64,000 bases of DNA, taken from an uncultured Acidobacteriota bacterium. Lineage in GTDB: Bacteria > Acidobacteriota > Vicinamibacteria > Vicinamibacterales > UBA8438. The position numbers and the translations under genes are program-made. Positions 50,734 through 60,894 of this stretch are shown here, one piece after another. Numbering within the stretch: the stretch's first letter is position 1; every line of letters begins with the position of its first letter. Location of the stretch: NCBI GenBank assembly GCA_913043225.1, contig CAJWLU010000007.1:1-64000 (forward strand), in the 5' to 3' direction. The notes under the pieces are model-generated. The model ran no database searches, was not told the DNA's origin, and worked only from the letters and a program-made list of their open reading frames with translations.

Positions 50734-50832
50734 TCACCGGACGAACGAGGCCATACGACGGGACGCCTCGTTGAGCGCCTCCACGCTGCCGCAGAAGGCG
50801 CACCGGAGATAGCGGTCGTCATCGCGCTCGAT
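50734..50832 (-). pseudogene. Possible C-terminal remnant of a class I/II PLP aminotransferase
   Basis: DDRYLRCAFCGSVEALNEASRRMASFVR* resembles the 'ylR.af....l.ea..R' aminotransferase end. Confidence 0.35.
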
Positions 50833-50838
50833 GCGTCG

Positions 50839-52233
50839 TCACCACTGCTCGAGCGCAGCGGCGATCTCCCGGCGGGCCGCAGACGGACGGCCTGGGTGAT
50901 GGTTCACGAAGTAGCAGAAGACCACCGGGGCGGTCGAGTCCTGGCGAAGCACGCCGGCCAGGCCAACCGTGTGTTGCAGCGTACCCGTCTTGGCGGAAAG
51001 AGGTGGTAGCGCCGGCCAGCTCTCCAGCGTGCCCTGACCGGGCGTGGCGAGCGCCTCGAACAAGGTGCCCCCCCATGGCTGGCGTAGGGCGTAGGCCAGC
51101 ACTGTCACGACTGCCCGGGGAGTGATGAGGTTTCCCGCCGACAACCCTGACCCGTCCTCAAGCGACCAGGCGGCGTCTGAACCCACAGTTCGCTCCAGAA
51201 AATCCGTAATCACCGCAACTCCGTCATCGAACCGACCCGTCCGCGCCACCTCCCATCCGAGCGTGAGCACGAGCATGTCAGCGGTCCAGTTGTGACTGTC
51301 GGCCAGCACCCGGTCCAGAACCTCGGACAGAGGCGACGACCGAAACTCGGCCAGCACGCGGCGGTTCGTATCTCCCAATTCCGGCTCAAGCCGCACGGTC
51401 CCGGCCAATTCGACCCCGTCTTCGGCAAGCATCTCGGCGACGCGACGGGCGGCTCGAGAAACCGGTGCGGGATCGCTCACGGCGATCCGGAACGCCGACT
51501 CACTGACGGGAAACTCTCCCTGAAGCAGGAGCGTATCGGTGCCCCACAGCGGCACCAGGTCGAGGGTGCCCTCGCCGTGCCGGTTCTGCCCTACCGTCCG
51601 CGCCAAGTTAATGACGTCGAGGTCGACCGGCGCCGTCACTCGCACAGGACCGCCAATTTCAGCACCGGCGGCCACCTGGATCCTGACCGTGGCATCGTCC
51701 AGGGCCAGCGGAGCCGGCGGAGTGCCAAAGCGATAGGGCAGGTCGGAGAAGTCGCGATCAGTCGGATGCCGCCGTCCAGGAAAGCGACCCGTATCGACGA
51801 CCAGATCACCTTGGATCCGACGCACGCCACCCGACTGTATCTGGGCTATGAGCGCCCGCACTGCGACATGTCCGTCAGGTTCGGTAAGCTCGTCGTTCCA
51901 GGTGGGATCGGCGCCTGGCACCAAGACCAGATCGCCCTGGACGACTCCGTTCAACACATCAGCCGACGTCTCCAACGTAGTCGACCACCGGTACTCGGGC
52001 CCCAGCAGATCGAGAACCGCGGACACGGTGATCACCTTGAGCACCGACGCCGGAGTCAGCAACCGGTCGTCGTTCTCGCTCATCACGACCTCCAGCCCAC
52101 CATCGTCGGCGACAGTGGCAGCTAGGTAGCCGGCATAGGCGCCACCGGATCGCTGCGCTTCGGCATGGGGCACGTTCAGCCCCGCTGAGACAATAACCAG
52201 CACGACGAGCGAGGTCGTAATAGTTCGCGGCAT
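50839..52233 (-). CDS. dacB: D-Ala-D-Ala carboxypeptidase/endopeptidase (peptidase S13, PBP4)
   Basis: PASVLK (SxxK), SHN (SxN), DGSGLS, KTGTL. Confidence 0.9.
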   Translation of the reverse strand: MPRTITTSLVVLVIVSAGLNVPHAEAQRSGGAYAGYLAATVADDGGLEVVMSENDDRLLTPASVLKVITVSAVLDLLGPEYRWSTTLETSADVLNGVVQGDLVLVPGADPTWNDELTEPDGHVAVRALIAQIQSGGVRRIQGDLVVDTGRFPGRRHPTDRDFSDLPYRFGTPPAPLALDDATVRIQVAAGAEIGGPVRVTAPVDLDVINLARTVGQNRHGEGTLDLVPLWGTDTLLLQGEFPVSESAFRIAVSDPAPVSRAARRVAEMLAEDGVELAGTVRLEPELGDTNRRVLAEFRSSPLSEVLDRVLADSHNWTADMLVLTLGWEVARTGRFDDGVAVITDFLERTVGSDAAWSLEDGSGLSAGNLITPRAVVTVLAYALRQPWGGTLFEALATPGQGTLESWPALPPLSAKTGTLQHTVGLAGVLRQDSTAPVVFCYFVNHHPGRPSAARREIAAALEQW

Positions 52234-52342
52234 CGACGTTCTCAATCTTGGTCGGCGTGCGGTCGCCGGTCAACCGCTACAGCGCTGCCCGGCTGACGGG
52301 AGACCTTGACTCGCCGACGAGCCACTGCGATTCTTGACGGCA

Positions 52343-54172
52343 ATGCGCTCTCCTCTGCTGTTGTTCGGACTGGCAACCATATACCTCACGGCGGCAACCG
52401 GTGTGGCCGCCGCGCAGCCAGTTAAGGAGAGTCTCCCTCCGGTGGCGCTCACTCCAACGGAATACAACAACACGGTCGCGGACCTGCTCGGTTTCCCACA
52501 AGACGGCACCGCTTGGCCTGACCGTCCGCCTCTTGCAGATCGGATCAGCCCCAGACGTGCCGCGAGCAAGGGCGTCTTCCTTCCCCCGCCGCCGCCACCA
52601 TCGTGGCCATGGCGCTTCCCCGAAGAACCAGGCTCAGAAGGCTTCGAAGGCATTGTGCAGGGACAGAGCCCCTCGTCCTATCAGGTGGAAGAACTCCACC
52701 TGGCGGGCATGCACTTCGGTGCGTTTGCACTGCTCTCACCGACCTTTCTGACGTGTGACGGCTGGAATGCTCTTTCGACGGACGAGCAACATGCCTGCGC
52801 CTGGGACAGCCTCGAGCGGCTCGCGCCTCGCGTCTACCGCCGTCCATTGACGGAGCAGGAAGCCGGCCGTCTACACACCTTCTGGCTAGAGAACGCTGCT
52901 GCGTACCCGTCCGACGAGGCCGTGGCCATTACCGTAGCTGGTCTCCTTCAAGCGCCGGCATTTCACTTCCGTCTCGACCCGTCGGCGGACCCGTCGTCAG
53001 CTGCGCTGACCAACTGGGAGCTGGCTTCTCGACTGTCCTACTTTCTGTGGGACTCGATGCCCGATGACGCACTGTTTACCGCCGCCAAGTCCGGAACCCT
53101 GTTCGATCCGATTGAGATCAAGCGGCACGCACGCCGGATGCTCAACAACCCTAGGGCGCGGTCTGCGGTGGTCCGCTTCCATCATCAGTGGCTCGGCACC
53201 GAAAATGTCCTGCTGGTAGCGCCGGCGCGACGCGCATTCGGACCGCTGTTCGGTTTAACGCCGGAGTTGAAGATCGCGCGCGACGACGACGTACAGTGGC
53301 CAGCGGTCATGGGTCCGGTCCGTCACTCAATGAAGCTCGAAACCGAGCTGTTCGTCGAGCAAGCTATCTTCGAAGGCGACGGCACGTTCACGGCATTGCT
53401 GACCGACAGCCAAGGCTACATGTCGGACGCGACCAAACCGATCTACGGAGAGTCGGCAGTCCCTGTTGCCGACAGCACCCCAATCACGAAACAGATCGAG
53501 ATCGTGGTGGCCTCGATCGGACAAACCAAGCCGCTAACGCTCTACCCCACCCGGTTCCCTGGCACCGAGCGGGCTGGCATTCTGACACTGCCATCAGTCC
53601 TAGCGCTCGGCGCCTATGCGGTGCAACCTGGTCCTATCCTTCGCGGAAAGCGAGTGCTCGAGCGGGTAGCCTGCATGCATCTCGGCACCCCGATCCAGGG
53701 CGCGGAGTCAGCACTTCCTCCGGACACGCTGACCGCCGAGAGCACGAACCGCGAGCGGACGGCCACGGCAACCAGTTCGGCTACCTGCACGACGTGCCAC
53801 CGGTTGATCAATCCGCCCGGGTTCGCGTTCGAACACTACGACGCCATCGGGAAGTGGCGAGACACCGACAACGGCCAGCCGGTTGACGCCAGTGGCGCAC
53901 TGACCCTTGCCGGAGGCGAACAGATCTCGTTCACCAACGGCATCGACTTTGTGCACCAGCTAGCCGAAAGCGACCGCGCGCGCGATTGCTACGCCATGCA
54001 CTGGACACGTTACGCCCTCGGCACCCAGCTCGACGCCAGCGAACCGGGTCTGGCGCCGCTGCAGGAGCAGTTCCGAGACGACGACTCGATCCGCGAGCTG
54101 CTGGTCTCGATCGCCGGCAGCGACCTATTCCGGACCCGACCACTGCTTGACACTTCTGGAGACCACCGATGA
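52343..54172 (+). CDS. DUF1592/1588/1595/1587/1585 (PSD/PSCyt) protein with a CxxCH motif
   Basis: EYNNTVADLLG, YRRPL, ELASRLSYFLWDSMPD, RAGILT, PILRG, CTTCH, PGFAFEHYDAIG. Confidence 0.88.
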   Translation: MRSPLLLFGLATIYLTAATGVAAAQPVKESLPPVALTPTEYNNTVADLLGFPQDGTAWPDRPPLADRISPRRAASKGVFLPPPPPPSWPWRFPEEPGSEGFEGIVQGQSPSSYQVEELHLAGMHFGAFALLSPTFLTCDGWNALSTDEQHACAWDSLERLAPRVYRRPLTEQEAGRLHTFWLENAAAYPSDEAVAITVAGLLQAPAFHFRLDPSADPSSAALTNWELASRLSYFLWDSMPDDALFTAAKSGTLFDPIEIKRHARRMLNNPRARSAVVRFHHQWLGTENVLLVAPARRAFGPLFGLTPELKIARDDDVQWPAVMGPVRHSMKLETELFVEQAIFEGDGTFTALLTDSQGYMSDATKPIYGESAVPVADSTPITKQIEIVVASIGQTKPLTLYPTRFPGTERAGILTLPSVLALGAYAVQPGPILRGKRVLERVACMHLGTPIQGAESALPPDTLTAESTNRERTATATSSATCTTCHRLINPPGFAFEHYDAIGKWRDTDNGQPVDASGALTLAGGEQISFTNGIDFVHQLAESDRARDCYAMHWTRYALGTQLDASEPGLAPLQEQFRDDDSIRELLVSIAGSDLFRTRPLLDTSGDHR

Positions 54173-55572
54173 TCGTCCCGCGACGACGCCTGCTGCAGCT
54201 GGCCGGCCTAACCGCGCTCGGAGCCAGCCTGCCCCGGACCGCTCTCCAGGCCTTCATGCAGACCGGCGAGGCACCACGACGACTAATCGTAGTGAGCCAC
54301 TGTCATGGCTGGCCCTACGCTACGTGGCGGCTGCGCCCCGAGGGACTCGCCGAGCACGAACCGTGGTCGGTCGAGCTCGCGTCGATGAGCCAGGAGGAAT
54401 TCAGCCAGCCGCTGGCCCCACTCTACGAGCATCGGCAACGAATGCTGGCGCTCGATGGTCTGTCGTTGGCCACCGCCGAGTTGGACGCCGGCGGGAACCG
54501 GCACGACCGCGGCTGGGTGCATGCCTGGACAGGGAACAACGCGAACTTCTCCGCGCGCGACACGCGCTCGACGTCGACCTCGATCGATCAGCTGGTCGCT
54601 GAGCATATTGCGCGCGCCGACCGGCTGCCGTCGCTGGAGCTGTCAGTGGATGCCGCGCTCGAAGCGGGCCGGCCGATTTCCTACAGCCCGCACGGCGTGC
54701 GTCTCCCATCCGAGAACACGCCGCTCGCAGCATGGGAACGTGTCTTCGGACCAGCCTCGTCGGGCGACGCGGTCGGTACCCGGAGACGCGCCACCCTCGA
54801 CTTCGCACAGGCCGAATACAAGGAGCTGGCCTCGAATCTCGATACGAGTGGGCGTAACCGCCTCGACTCGCACTTCAACCTGGTCGAACGTCTCGGACAC
54901 CGACTCGAGGGGCTGGCTACGCTGTCGTGCGACGCGCCGAACAGGCCGGCCGCGACGTTCGCGCAGTACGATCAGCGCTTCGATGCGTTCACCGACATCA
55001 TCGGCGCCGCCTTCGGGTGCGACATCACCCGAGTGGTGGCGCTGTCACTGGGCGAGATGCCGACCGCCGAGTTTGGCGCCGACCACATCAGCGACAAGGT
55101 GCACAAGGGCATCGCCCACTACATCTACGACGACGAGACGAAGTACGCCGCGATGACCGACTATGCCGCACACCACGCGCGGCAGGTGGCCCGGCTGGTC
55201 TCGACCCTCGAGAACGTGCCGGACGTCGACGGCCGTTCGGTGATGGACAACACGTTGATCGTGTGGGGGTCTGAGCTGGGCGACGGGTGGCACGGCTACC
55301 GCCACTACAACCCGGTAATCATCGGCGGATCGTGGGCGTTCAACACCGGGCGTTATCTCTACTGGCCACATGACACGCCAGCCGAGATGCGGGTACCGGT
55401 GCAGGTCCTGGCCGAAGGGGTCAGCCGGGTGTCCGGCCTCCCCCACCAGAAGCTGCTAGTCAGCGTCGCCCAGGCGATGGGACTCGGCGTCGACCACGTC
55501 GGCCTGACCCACGTCCGCGGGCAACGCGGCGACTACATCGACCTGACGGGACCACTCGACCGGCTCGCGTAG
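54169..55572 (+). CDS. DUF1552 protein with Tat signal
   Basis: RRRLL Tat motif; TSIDQ, CDITRV, DNTLIVWGSELGDG; ATGA-coupled to DUF1592. Confidence 0.88.
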   Translation: MIVPRRRLLQLAGLTALGASLPRTALQAFMQTGEAPRRLIVVSHCHGWPYATWRLRPEGLAEHEPWSVELASMSQEEFSQPLAPLYEHRQRMLALDGLSLATAELDAGGNRHDRGWVHAWTGNNANFSARDTRSTSTSIDQLVAEHIARADRLPSLELSVDAALEAGRPISYSPHGVRLPSENTPLAAWERVFGPASSGDAVGTRRRATLDFAQAEYKELASNLDTSGRNRLDSHFNLVERLGHRLEGLATLSCDAPNRPAATFAQYDQRFDAFTDIIGAAFGCDITRVVALSLGEMPTAEFGADHISDKVHKGIAHYIYDDETKYAAMTDYAAHHARQVARLVSTLENVPDVDGRSVMDNTLIVWGSELGDGWHGYRHYNPVIIGGSWAFNTGRYLYWPHDTPAEMRVPVQVLAEGVSRVSGLPHQKLLVSVAQAMGLGVDHVGLTHVRGQRGDYIDLTGPLDRLA

Positions 55573-55588
55573 CCCCCAAGCGGCCTTC

Positions 55589-55799
55589 GTGCCGCCAGCG
55601 ACCGTGTATCAATGGCAAGCGTGATCTTCTACTGAACGATACGGTGCGCGTGCACCGGAAGCTCCGACGGGCCGGGATCTAAGCGGAGCTACACGTCTGG
55701 AAAGCGCAGGCCCACGGGCACTACATCCGAGAATCGCCCGAACGCACCGAGGCATTCGAGGAACTGGCGGCGTTCTTCGACAAGCACCTATCGCGTTAG
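55589..55799 (+). pseudogene. C-terminal remnant of an alpha/beta-hydrolase (esterase)
   Basis: GKRDLLLNDTVRVHRKLRRAGI*AELHVWKAQAHGHY...EAFEELAAFFDKHLSR*; in-frame TAA at 55680. Confidence 0.7.
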
Positions 55800-56575
55800 G
55801 AGCGAACCAGGCCTGGCAGGTCGGTGATGGTGTTCACCACCGCATCGGCCGAGAAACCGAGTTCTTCGGGCGGCTCGGCGGCCGAGCGCTGGATCCAAAT
55901 GGTGGTCAGCCCCGCCGAAGCGGCGCCGTTGATGTCCCACGAATTGGACGAAACGAATCCGAGCTGTCCACGGCCCACCTCCAGGCGCTCCAGTCCAAGC
56001 TGATACACCCGCGGACTGACCTTGAAGACCTTCACCTCCTCGACACTGATGATGTCGTCGAGCAGGGTGTCGATACCCGCGCTCTCGGCTGCGGCCTGCA
56101 GCATGCGCGGTGCGCCGTTCGAGAGAATGGCCAGCTTCAGCCCTTGGCGCCGCAACTCCTCGAGCCCCGGCCGGACGTCGGGAAAAACCTCGAGCATCAG
56201 GTAGGCCTCCATCAGCCGCTCCCTGCGTGCGGTGGTCAGGTCGAGACCGAGACTCTTCGCCCCGTAGACCAGCCCGTCCTTAGTGACCTCCCAGAAGTCC
56301 TTGTGACGCCCCATCAGGCTGCGCAGCAGGCTGTATTGCAGTTGCTTGACGCGCCAGATCTGGGCCAGCGCTGATCCGTTGCCCGGAAAAAGCTCTTCGC
56401 ACAACGCGGTCACCGAAAACACGTCGAATAAGGTGCCGTAGGCATCGAACGCGAACGCCTCGACGTTATCGAATCGGCTAGTGGACTGCGCCGCCCGACC
56501 CACAGTCGCCGCGGCCGCGGCCCCGGTTACCGCTGCACTAGCGGTCTTCACGAACTGTCTGCGATTCGTTGACAT
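55796..56575 (-). CDS. Type II (L-2-)haloacid dehalogenase with Tat signal
   Basis: NRRQFVK Tat; FDAYGTLFD, WRxKQL, LSNG, FK, VSSNSWD. Confidence 0.9.
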   Translation of the reverse strand: MSTNRRQFVKTASAAVTGAAAAATVGRAAQSTSRFDNVEAFAFDAYGTLFDVFSVTALCEELFPGNGSALAQIWRVKQLQYSLLRSLMGRHKDFWEVTKDGLVYGAKSLGLDLTTARRERLMEAYLMLEVFPDVRPGLEELRRQGLKLAILSNGAPRMLQAAAESAGIDTLLDDIISVEEVKVFKVSPRVYQLGLERLEVGRGQLGFVSSNSWDINGAASAGLTTIWIQRSAAEPPEELGFSADAVVNTITDLPGLVRS

Positions 56576-56673
56576 CGTTACTCTCAAGGGGCGGTGTTCC
56601 AGGATTATGTCGACTGTTGAACTGCGCTAGAATGCCGACACTTCAGACTTCGAGATACTCCCAGGAGGGTGTG

Positions 56674-57681
56674 ATGTTCGAGCGATCGATCGGCATGGTG
56701 GCAACCCTGGCGCTCGGCGCGTTGTTGGCGCCCGTGCTGGCCAGCGCGCAGTCGACCCCGCGCACCAAGTGGGGTGATCCGGACTTGCGCGGCGTCTGGA
56801 ACAACGGCACCCTGACCCCCTTCCAGCGGCCAGAAGCCCTGGGAACCCAGGAGTACATCACCGAAGAAGAGGCGGCGACCGCCGCACAGCGCCGAGCCAG
56901 CATCGACGCCGAACTCTCCGCGCGCGGTGCGCTGCGGACCGAGGTAGGCGGCAACGTTGATCGCGGGGTGGACGGGGCACCCGGGTCCTACAACAACTTC
57001 TGGATGGAGCGGGGCACCGCGGTGGTTGCCGACCGACGGACTTCGGTGATCACTGATCCTCCGAACGGTCGGCTTCCCAATGTCACCTCCGATGTCCGAC
57101 GCTGGATGGAGTCTGACGAGGCTCGCTATCTGGCCGATGTGCGAGGCGGTCGGCAGCCCACCGCCCACTACAACCAACTCGATCTTGGCGACCGCTGCAT
57201 CTGGTATCGCGGCGTTCCGTCGTTCCCGACCGCGTACAACAACAATTACCAGATCTTCCAGACACCGGACTGGATCGCCATCGTCCAGGAGCACATCCAC
57301 GATACCCGGTTCATCCCACTCGACGGACGACCCAGCATTCCCGAATCGATCCGGCAATATGCTGGCGACTCGCGCGGCCGGTGGGAGGGCGACACCCTAG
57401 TGGTGGAGACCACCCAGTTCAACGAGCATGCGTTCATCCGCAACTTCTCGCCGAAACTGAGTCAGGAGTTGCATGTGGTCGAACGGTTCACCCCGCGTGA
57501 TCACGGCGTGCTCGGCTACGAGTTCACCGTAACCGATCCGAAGACCTGGACGCGCCCCTGGAGCGGCTCCCTGCCAATGACCGTGAGCAGCGGCCCGATG
57601 TTCGAGTACGCCTGCCACGAAGGCAACTACGGCATGACCAACATGCTGGCCGGCTCGCGTGTCGAGGAAGCAGGGCAGTAA
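56674..57681 (+). CDS. Conserved secreted hypothetical protein (EYACHEGNY family), copy 3
   Basis: WGDPDLRGVW, TPFQRP, RTSVITDPPNGR, YNNNYQI, GDSRGRWEGDTLVVET, EYACHEGNY; AGGAGG RBS. Confidence 0.82.
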   Translation: MFERSIGMVATLALGALLAPVLASAQSTPRTKWGDPDLRGVWNNGTLTPFQRPEALGTQEYITEEEAATAAQRRASIDAELSARGALRTEVGGNVDRGVDGAPGSYNNFWMERGTAVVADRRTSVITDPPNGRLPNVTSDVRRWMESDEARYLADVRGGRQPTAHYNQLDLGDRCIWYRGVPSFPTAYNNNYQIFQTPDWIAIVQEHIHDTRFIPLDGRPSIPESIRQYAGDSRGRWEGDTLVVETTQFNEHAFIRNFSPKLSQELHVVERFTPRDHGVLGYEFTVTDPKTWTRPWSGSLPMTVSSGPMFEYACHEGNYGMTNMLAGSRVEEAGQ

Positions 57682-57770
57682 CCGCCTGCTAAAATAGCGC
57701 GTTTGCCGGCCTGATTATCGGGGCTGTCTGGGGCCACGCTTACCCTCCGATACCGTTCGTGACAGATCGC

Positions 57771-60617
57771 ATGTTCCTGGTGTCTCGCTCGGCGTTCGTA
57801 TTGACCGCGTATGCCGCGGCGCTGAGCCTACTTGCCCTGTCGGCGCCGGCCCGCGCGCAGTCTCCAACTCTGGCGACACGCTCGGCCTCAACCGTGACGG
57901 GGTCGGACATCGTCGTGATGCCGTTCGAGAACCTGAGCGGTCGGCCCGACGACGCATGGATTGGCGCGGGTATCGCCGAAACGGTCACCATCGCCCTGGG
58001 CGCGCATGGGGTAACCCTGCTGCCTGACACTGACGACAACGACACCCGTCGCACCGTCGCCGAGCAACTGGGTGCGGCCAAATCTTTGAAGGCAGGCCAC
58101 CTCATCACGGGTACCTACCAACGGATCGGCGACCTCATCCGGGTCACTACCAGGCTCGTCGACGTCCAGTCCGAGGTAGCGGTGCGCACCGGACAGGTCG
58201 ATGGGCACATCAATCACCTATTCGACACCCAAGACCGCGTAGCCGAGACACTGTCCCAGTGGCTGGACTCAGCGTTGCGCTCGGATCGGCCGAAGCCAAC
58301 CCCGAGCTCGGTCGTGCCCCCTTCAATGGGACCGGTCTCCGGAGCCCTACGGCTGGAAGAGGCTCCAGCGGAACGCGGAAACCCGGCGGGCAGAATGGCC
58401 GGCCTCTCGGCGGTTTCTCGCGGTCGGCCAACCACAACCATCGGCCGCACCGACGCTCCACCAAACATCGACGGACGACTCGACGACGCCGTGTGGAAAA
58501 CAGCCACCCACCTGACCGAGTTCATCCAGATCACGCCACTTGAGGGGGTGCCGGGCACCGAGGAGAGCGAGGTGTGGCTTGCCTACGACAGCAATCACAT
58601 TTACGTCGCCTTCTACGCGCACTACACCAATACAGGCGACATGCGCGTTAACCGGGCCGACCGCGACGAAATCCGGGGCGACGACCGGTTCTCCGTCCTC
58701 TTCGATCCATTCCTCGACCAGCAGCGGGCGTATCAGTTTGAAGTGAACGGCTTCGGTGTGCAGGCCGACTCGATCGTGAACGCCGACGGCAGCTCGGGCG
58801 TCTCGAGCAGCAGCGTACGCCCGCAGCAGACGGGCGGCGTGCGCCGGGTGGGCGGAGGCAGGGGGAGTGGACTGAGTGGCTCAGGACAGTTCGGCATTCG
58901 AGGTGATGCCAGCTGGAACACCCTCTTCACCACTGCCGGACAGCTCGTCGACGACGGATGGACCGCCGAGATGCAGATCCCGTTCAAGAGCTTGCGCTAC
59001 CCGGGCGGCGGCTCGGGCACGTGGGGCTTTCAAATCACGCGGATCATCCGCGACATTTCCGAGGCACAGACCTGGTCACCGATCTCGCGCGGTGTTCAGG
59101 GACAGCTCACCCAGTTCGGCCGACTCGAGGGTCTGTCCGGACTATCGACCAGCCGGAACCTCGAATTTCTTCCCGAGATCACCGGCATCCGATTCGGGTC
59201 GCTCGACACGGCCAACGGTCAGTTCAACGATCAGAGCCCGGATGGCGACGCCGGTCTGAGCGTTAAATACGGCGTCACGCCCAACCTCACGGCCGACATC
59301 ACCTTCAACCCAGACTTCTCGCAAATCGAATCGGACCGGCCGCAAATCGAAACCAATCAGCGGTTCGACCTGTTCTTCCCGGAGCAACGCCCGTTCTTCC
59401 TGGAGGGCCAGGAAATCTTCGGGACCCCGACCACCACCAACCTGCTGAACACCCGGACCATCATCGATCCGCGATTTGGTGGGAAGCTGACGGGCAAGGT
59501 CGGTCGGACCACCATCGGGATACTTGCAGCTGACGACGAGGCCGGCGGACTACTCGGCGCCCCACTCGACTCGCAGCTGGGACGCACCGCCCAGACCTTT
59601 GTCGGCCGCGCCCGGTACGACCTCTACTCCGAGTCCTATCTGGGAGCAATCGCCACGGCACGGCAGTTTGGTGACGACTTCAACCGTGTCGCCGGCGTCG
59701 ACGGCCGCTTCCGGCTCGGACGCACTCACCGGCTCAGCTTCATGGCGGTCGGCTCATCGACCCAGGAAACGGAAGGAGGCGAGCTGGCCGGGGCGGTGCT
59801 CGAGGCCGACTACACGCGACAGGGTCGAAACCTCGGATACGGCGCGTCCTACAGTAGTGTCGGTCCGGAGTTCCGGACCGCGACCGGCTTTCTGCCGCGA
59901 CTGGATTACCGGCAGGCGCTCGGCAACATCTCCTATCGCTTCTGGCCCGAGTCGGCCCTCATCACCTGGGGGCCGACCGTCGAATATCTGCGGCTGTACG
60001 ACCACGAGGGGATCTTGCAGGACGAGCAGCTTCAGGCCAGAGCGAGCTTCTCCTTCCAGAACAACATCTCGCTGAACGGCACGGTGAGCCAAGACTTGGA
60101 ACGGTTCAACGAGATCGACTTCCGCAAGACCGGCTACGGGTTCTTCGGCATCTGGAGCCAGCGGCTGGTCTCCATTCTGGGCGGCATGAACTGGGGCGAC
60201 GGCGTGCTCTTTAGCGACAACCCGTTCCTGGGGCGCAGCGTGACCGGCAACTTCCAGATCAGCGCGCGCCCAACGTCGCGGTTACGCGCCGAGTTGGTCG
60301 GCATTTTCAGTCAGTTCGTGGATCCGGCGAACGACTCGGAAATATTCGACGTGAAGATCTTCCGGACCCGGGCCACCTACCAGTTCACCAGCCGGATGCT
60401 GATGCGCCACATTCTCGAATACAACACGGCATCTCTGACACTCGGCAACAACCTGCTCCTCACCTACCGTATCAACGCTGGCACCGTCGCCTTCCTCGGC
60501 TACGACGACCGCTTCCAGAGCGGCTCGCTCATCGACTCGCTTCTCTTCGACACACGTCAACTGCAACGCACCAACCGCGCCGTCTTCGCGAAGGTCTCGT
60601 ATCTATTCCGCTACTAA
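57771..60617 (+). CDS. Outer-membrane DUF5916/CBM9-like protein with N-terminal TolB-N/CsgG-like domain
   Basis: VMPFENLSG...GIAE; PNIDGRLDDAVW; AEMQIPFKSLRY; NPDFSQIE; EQRPFFLEG; C-terminal YLFRY. Confidence 0.85.
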   Translation: MFLVSRSAFVLTAYAAALSLLALSAPARAQSPTLATRSASTVTGSDIVVMPFENLSGRPDDAWIGAGIAETVTIALGAHGVTLLPDTDDNDTRRTVAEQLGAAKSLKAGHLITGTYQRIGDLIRVTTRLVDVQSEVAVRTGQVDGHINHLFDTQDRVAETLSQWLDSALRSDRPKPTPSSVVPPSMGPVSGALRLEEAPAERGNPAGRMAGLSAVSRGRPTTTIGRTDAPPNIDGRLDDAVWKTATHLTEFIQITPLEGVPGTEESEVWLAYDSNHIYVAFYAHYTNTGDMRVNRADRDEIRGDDRFSVLFDPFLDQQRAYQFEVNGFGVQADSIVNADGSSGVSSSSVRPQQTGGVRRVGGGRGSGLSGSGQFGIRGDASWNTLFTTAGQLVDDGWTAEMQIPFKSLRYPGGGSGTWGFQITRIIRDISEAQTWSPISRGVQGQLTQFGRLEGLSGLSTSRNLEFLPEITGIRFGSLDTANGQFNDQSPDGDAGLSVKYGVTPNLTADITFNPDFSQIESDRPQIETNQRFDLFFPEQRPFFLEGQEIFGTPTTTNLLNTRTIIDPRFGGKLTGKVGRTTIGILAADDEAGGLLGAPLDSQLGRTAQTFVGRARYDLYSESYLGAIATARQFGDDFNRVAGVDGRFRLGRTHRLSFMAVGSSTQETEGGELAGAVLEADYTRQGRNLGYGASYSSVGPEFRTATGFLPRLDYRQALGNISYRFWPESALITWGPTVEYLRLYDHEGILQDEQLQARASFSFQNNISLNGTVSQDLERFNEIDFRKTGYGFFGIWSQRLVSILGGMNWGDGVLFSDNPFLGRSVTGNFQISARPTSRLRAELVGIFSQFVDPANDSEIFDVKIFRTRATYQFTSRMLMRHILEYNTASLTLGNNLLLTYRINAGTVAFLGYDDRFQSGSLIDSLLFDTRQLQRTNRAVFAKVSYLFRY

Positions 60618-60894
60618 CCGCCAAATTGCAGCCCCGGGGTAATCATGGCCAAAGTTCTTGAGGTCGCCAGCTCTACCTCGACTGGTGACAAGCGCTCCGG
60701 GCTATGGGACGACCGTCACCCAAAGAGGTCAATATCATTGCCTCTGGTCGAGACTGGTTCGATCCTGTATTAGCTGCAGAGACAATAACTTACAGAGCAC
60801 ATCAACCTTCACGAGATACTGGCACGGAATGTGGACTTCTTCTGGCCTAGATATGACGGGCGGACGACCGTCTTGGCCAGGAATGGAGGACACG

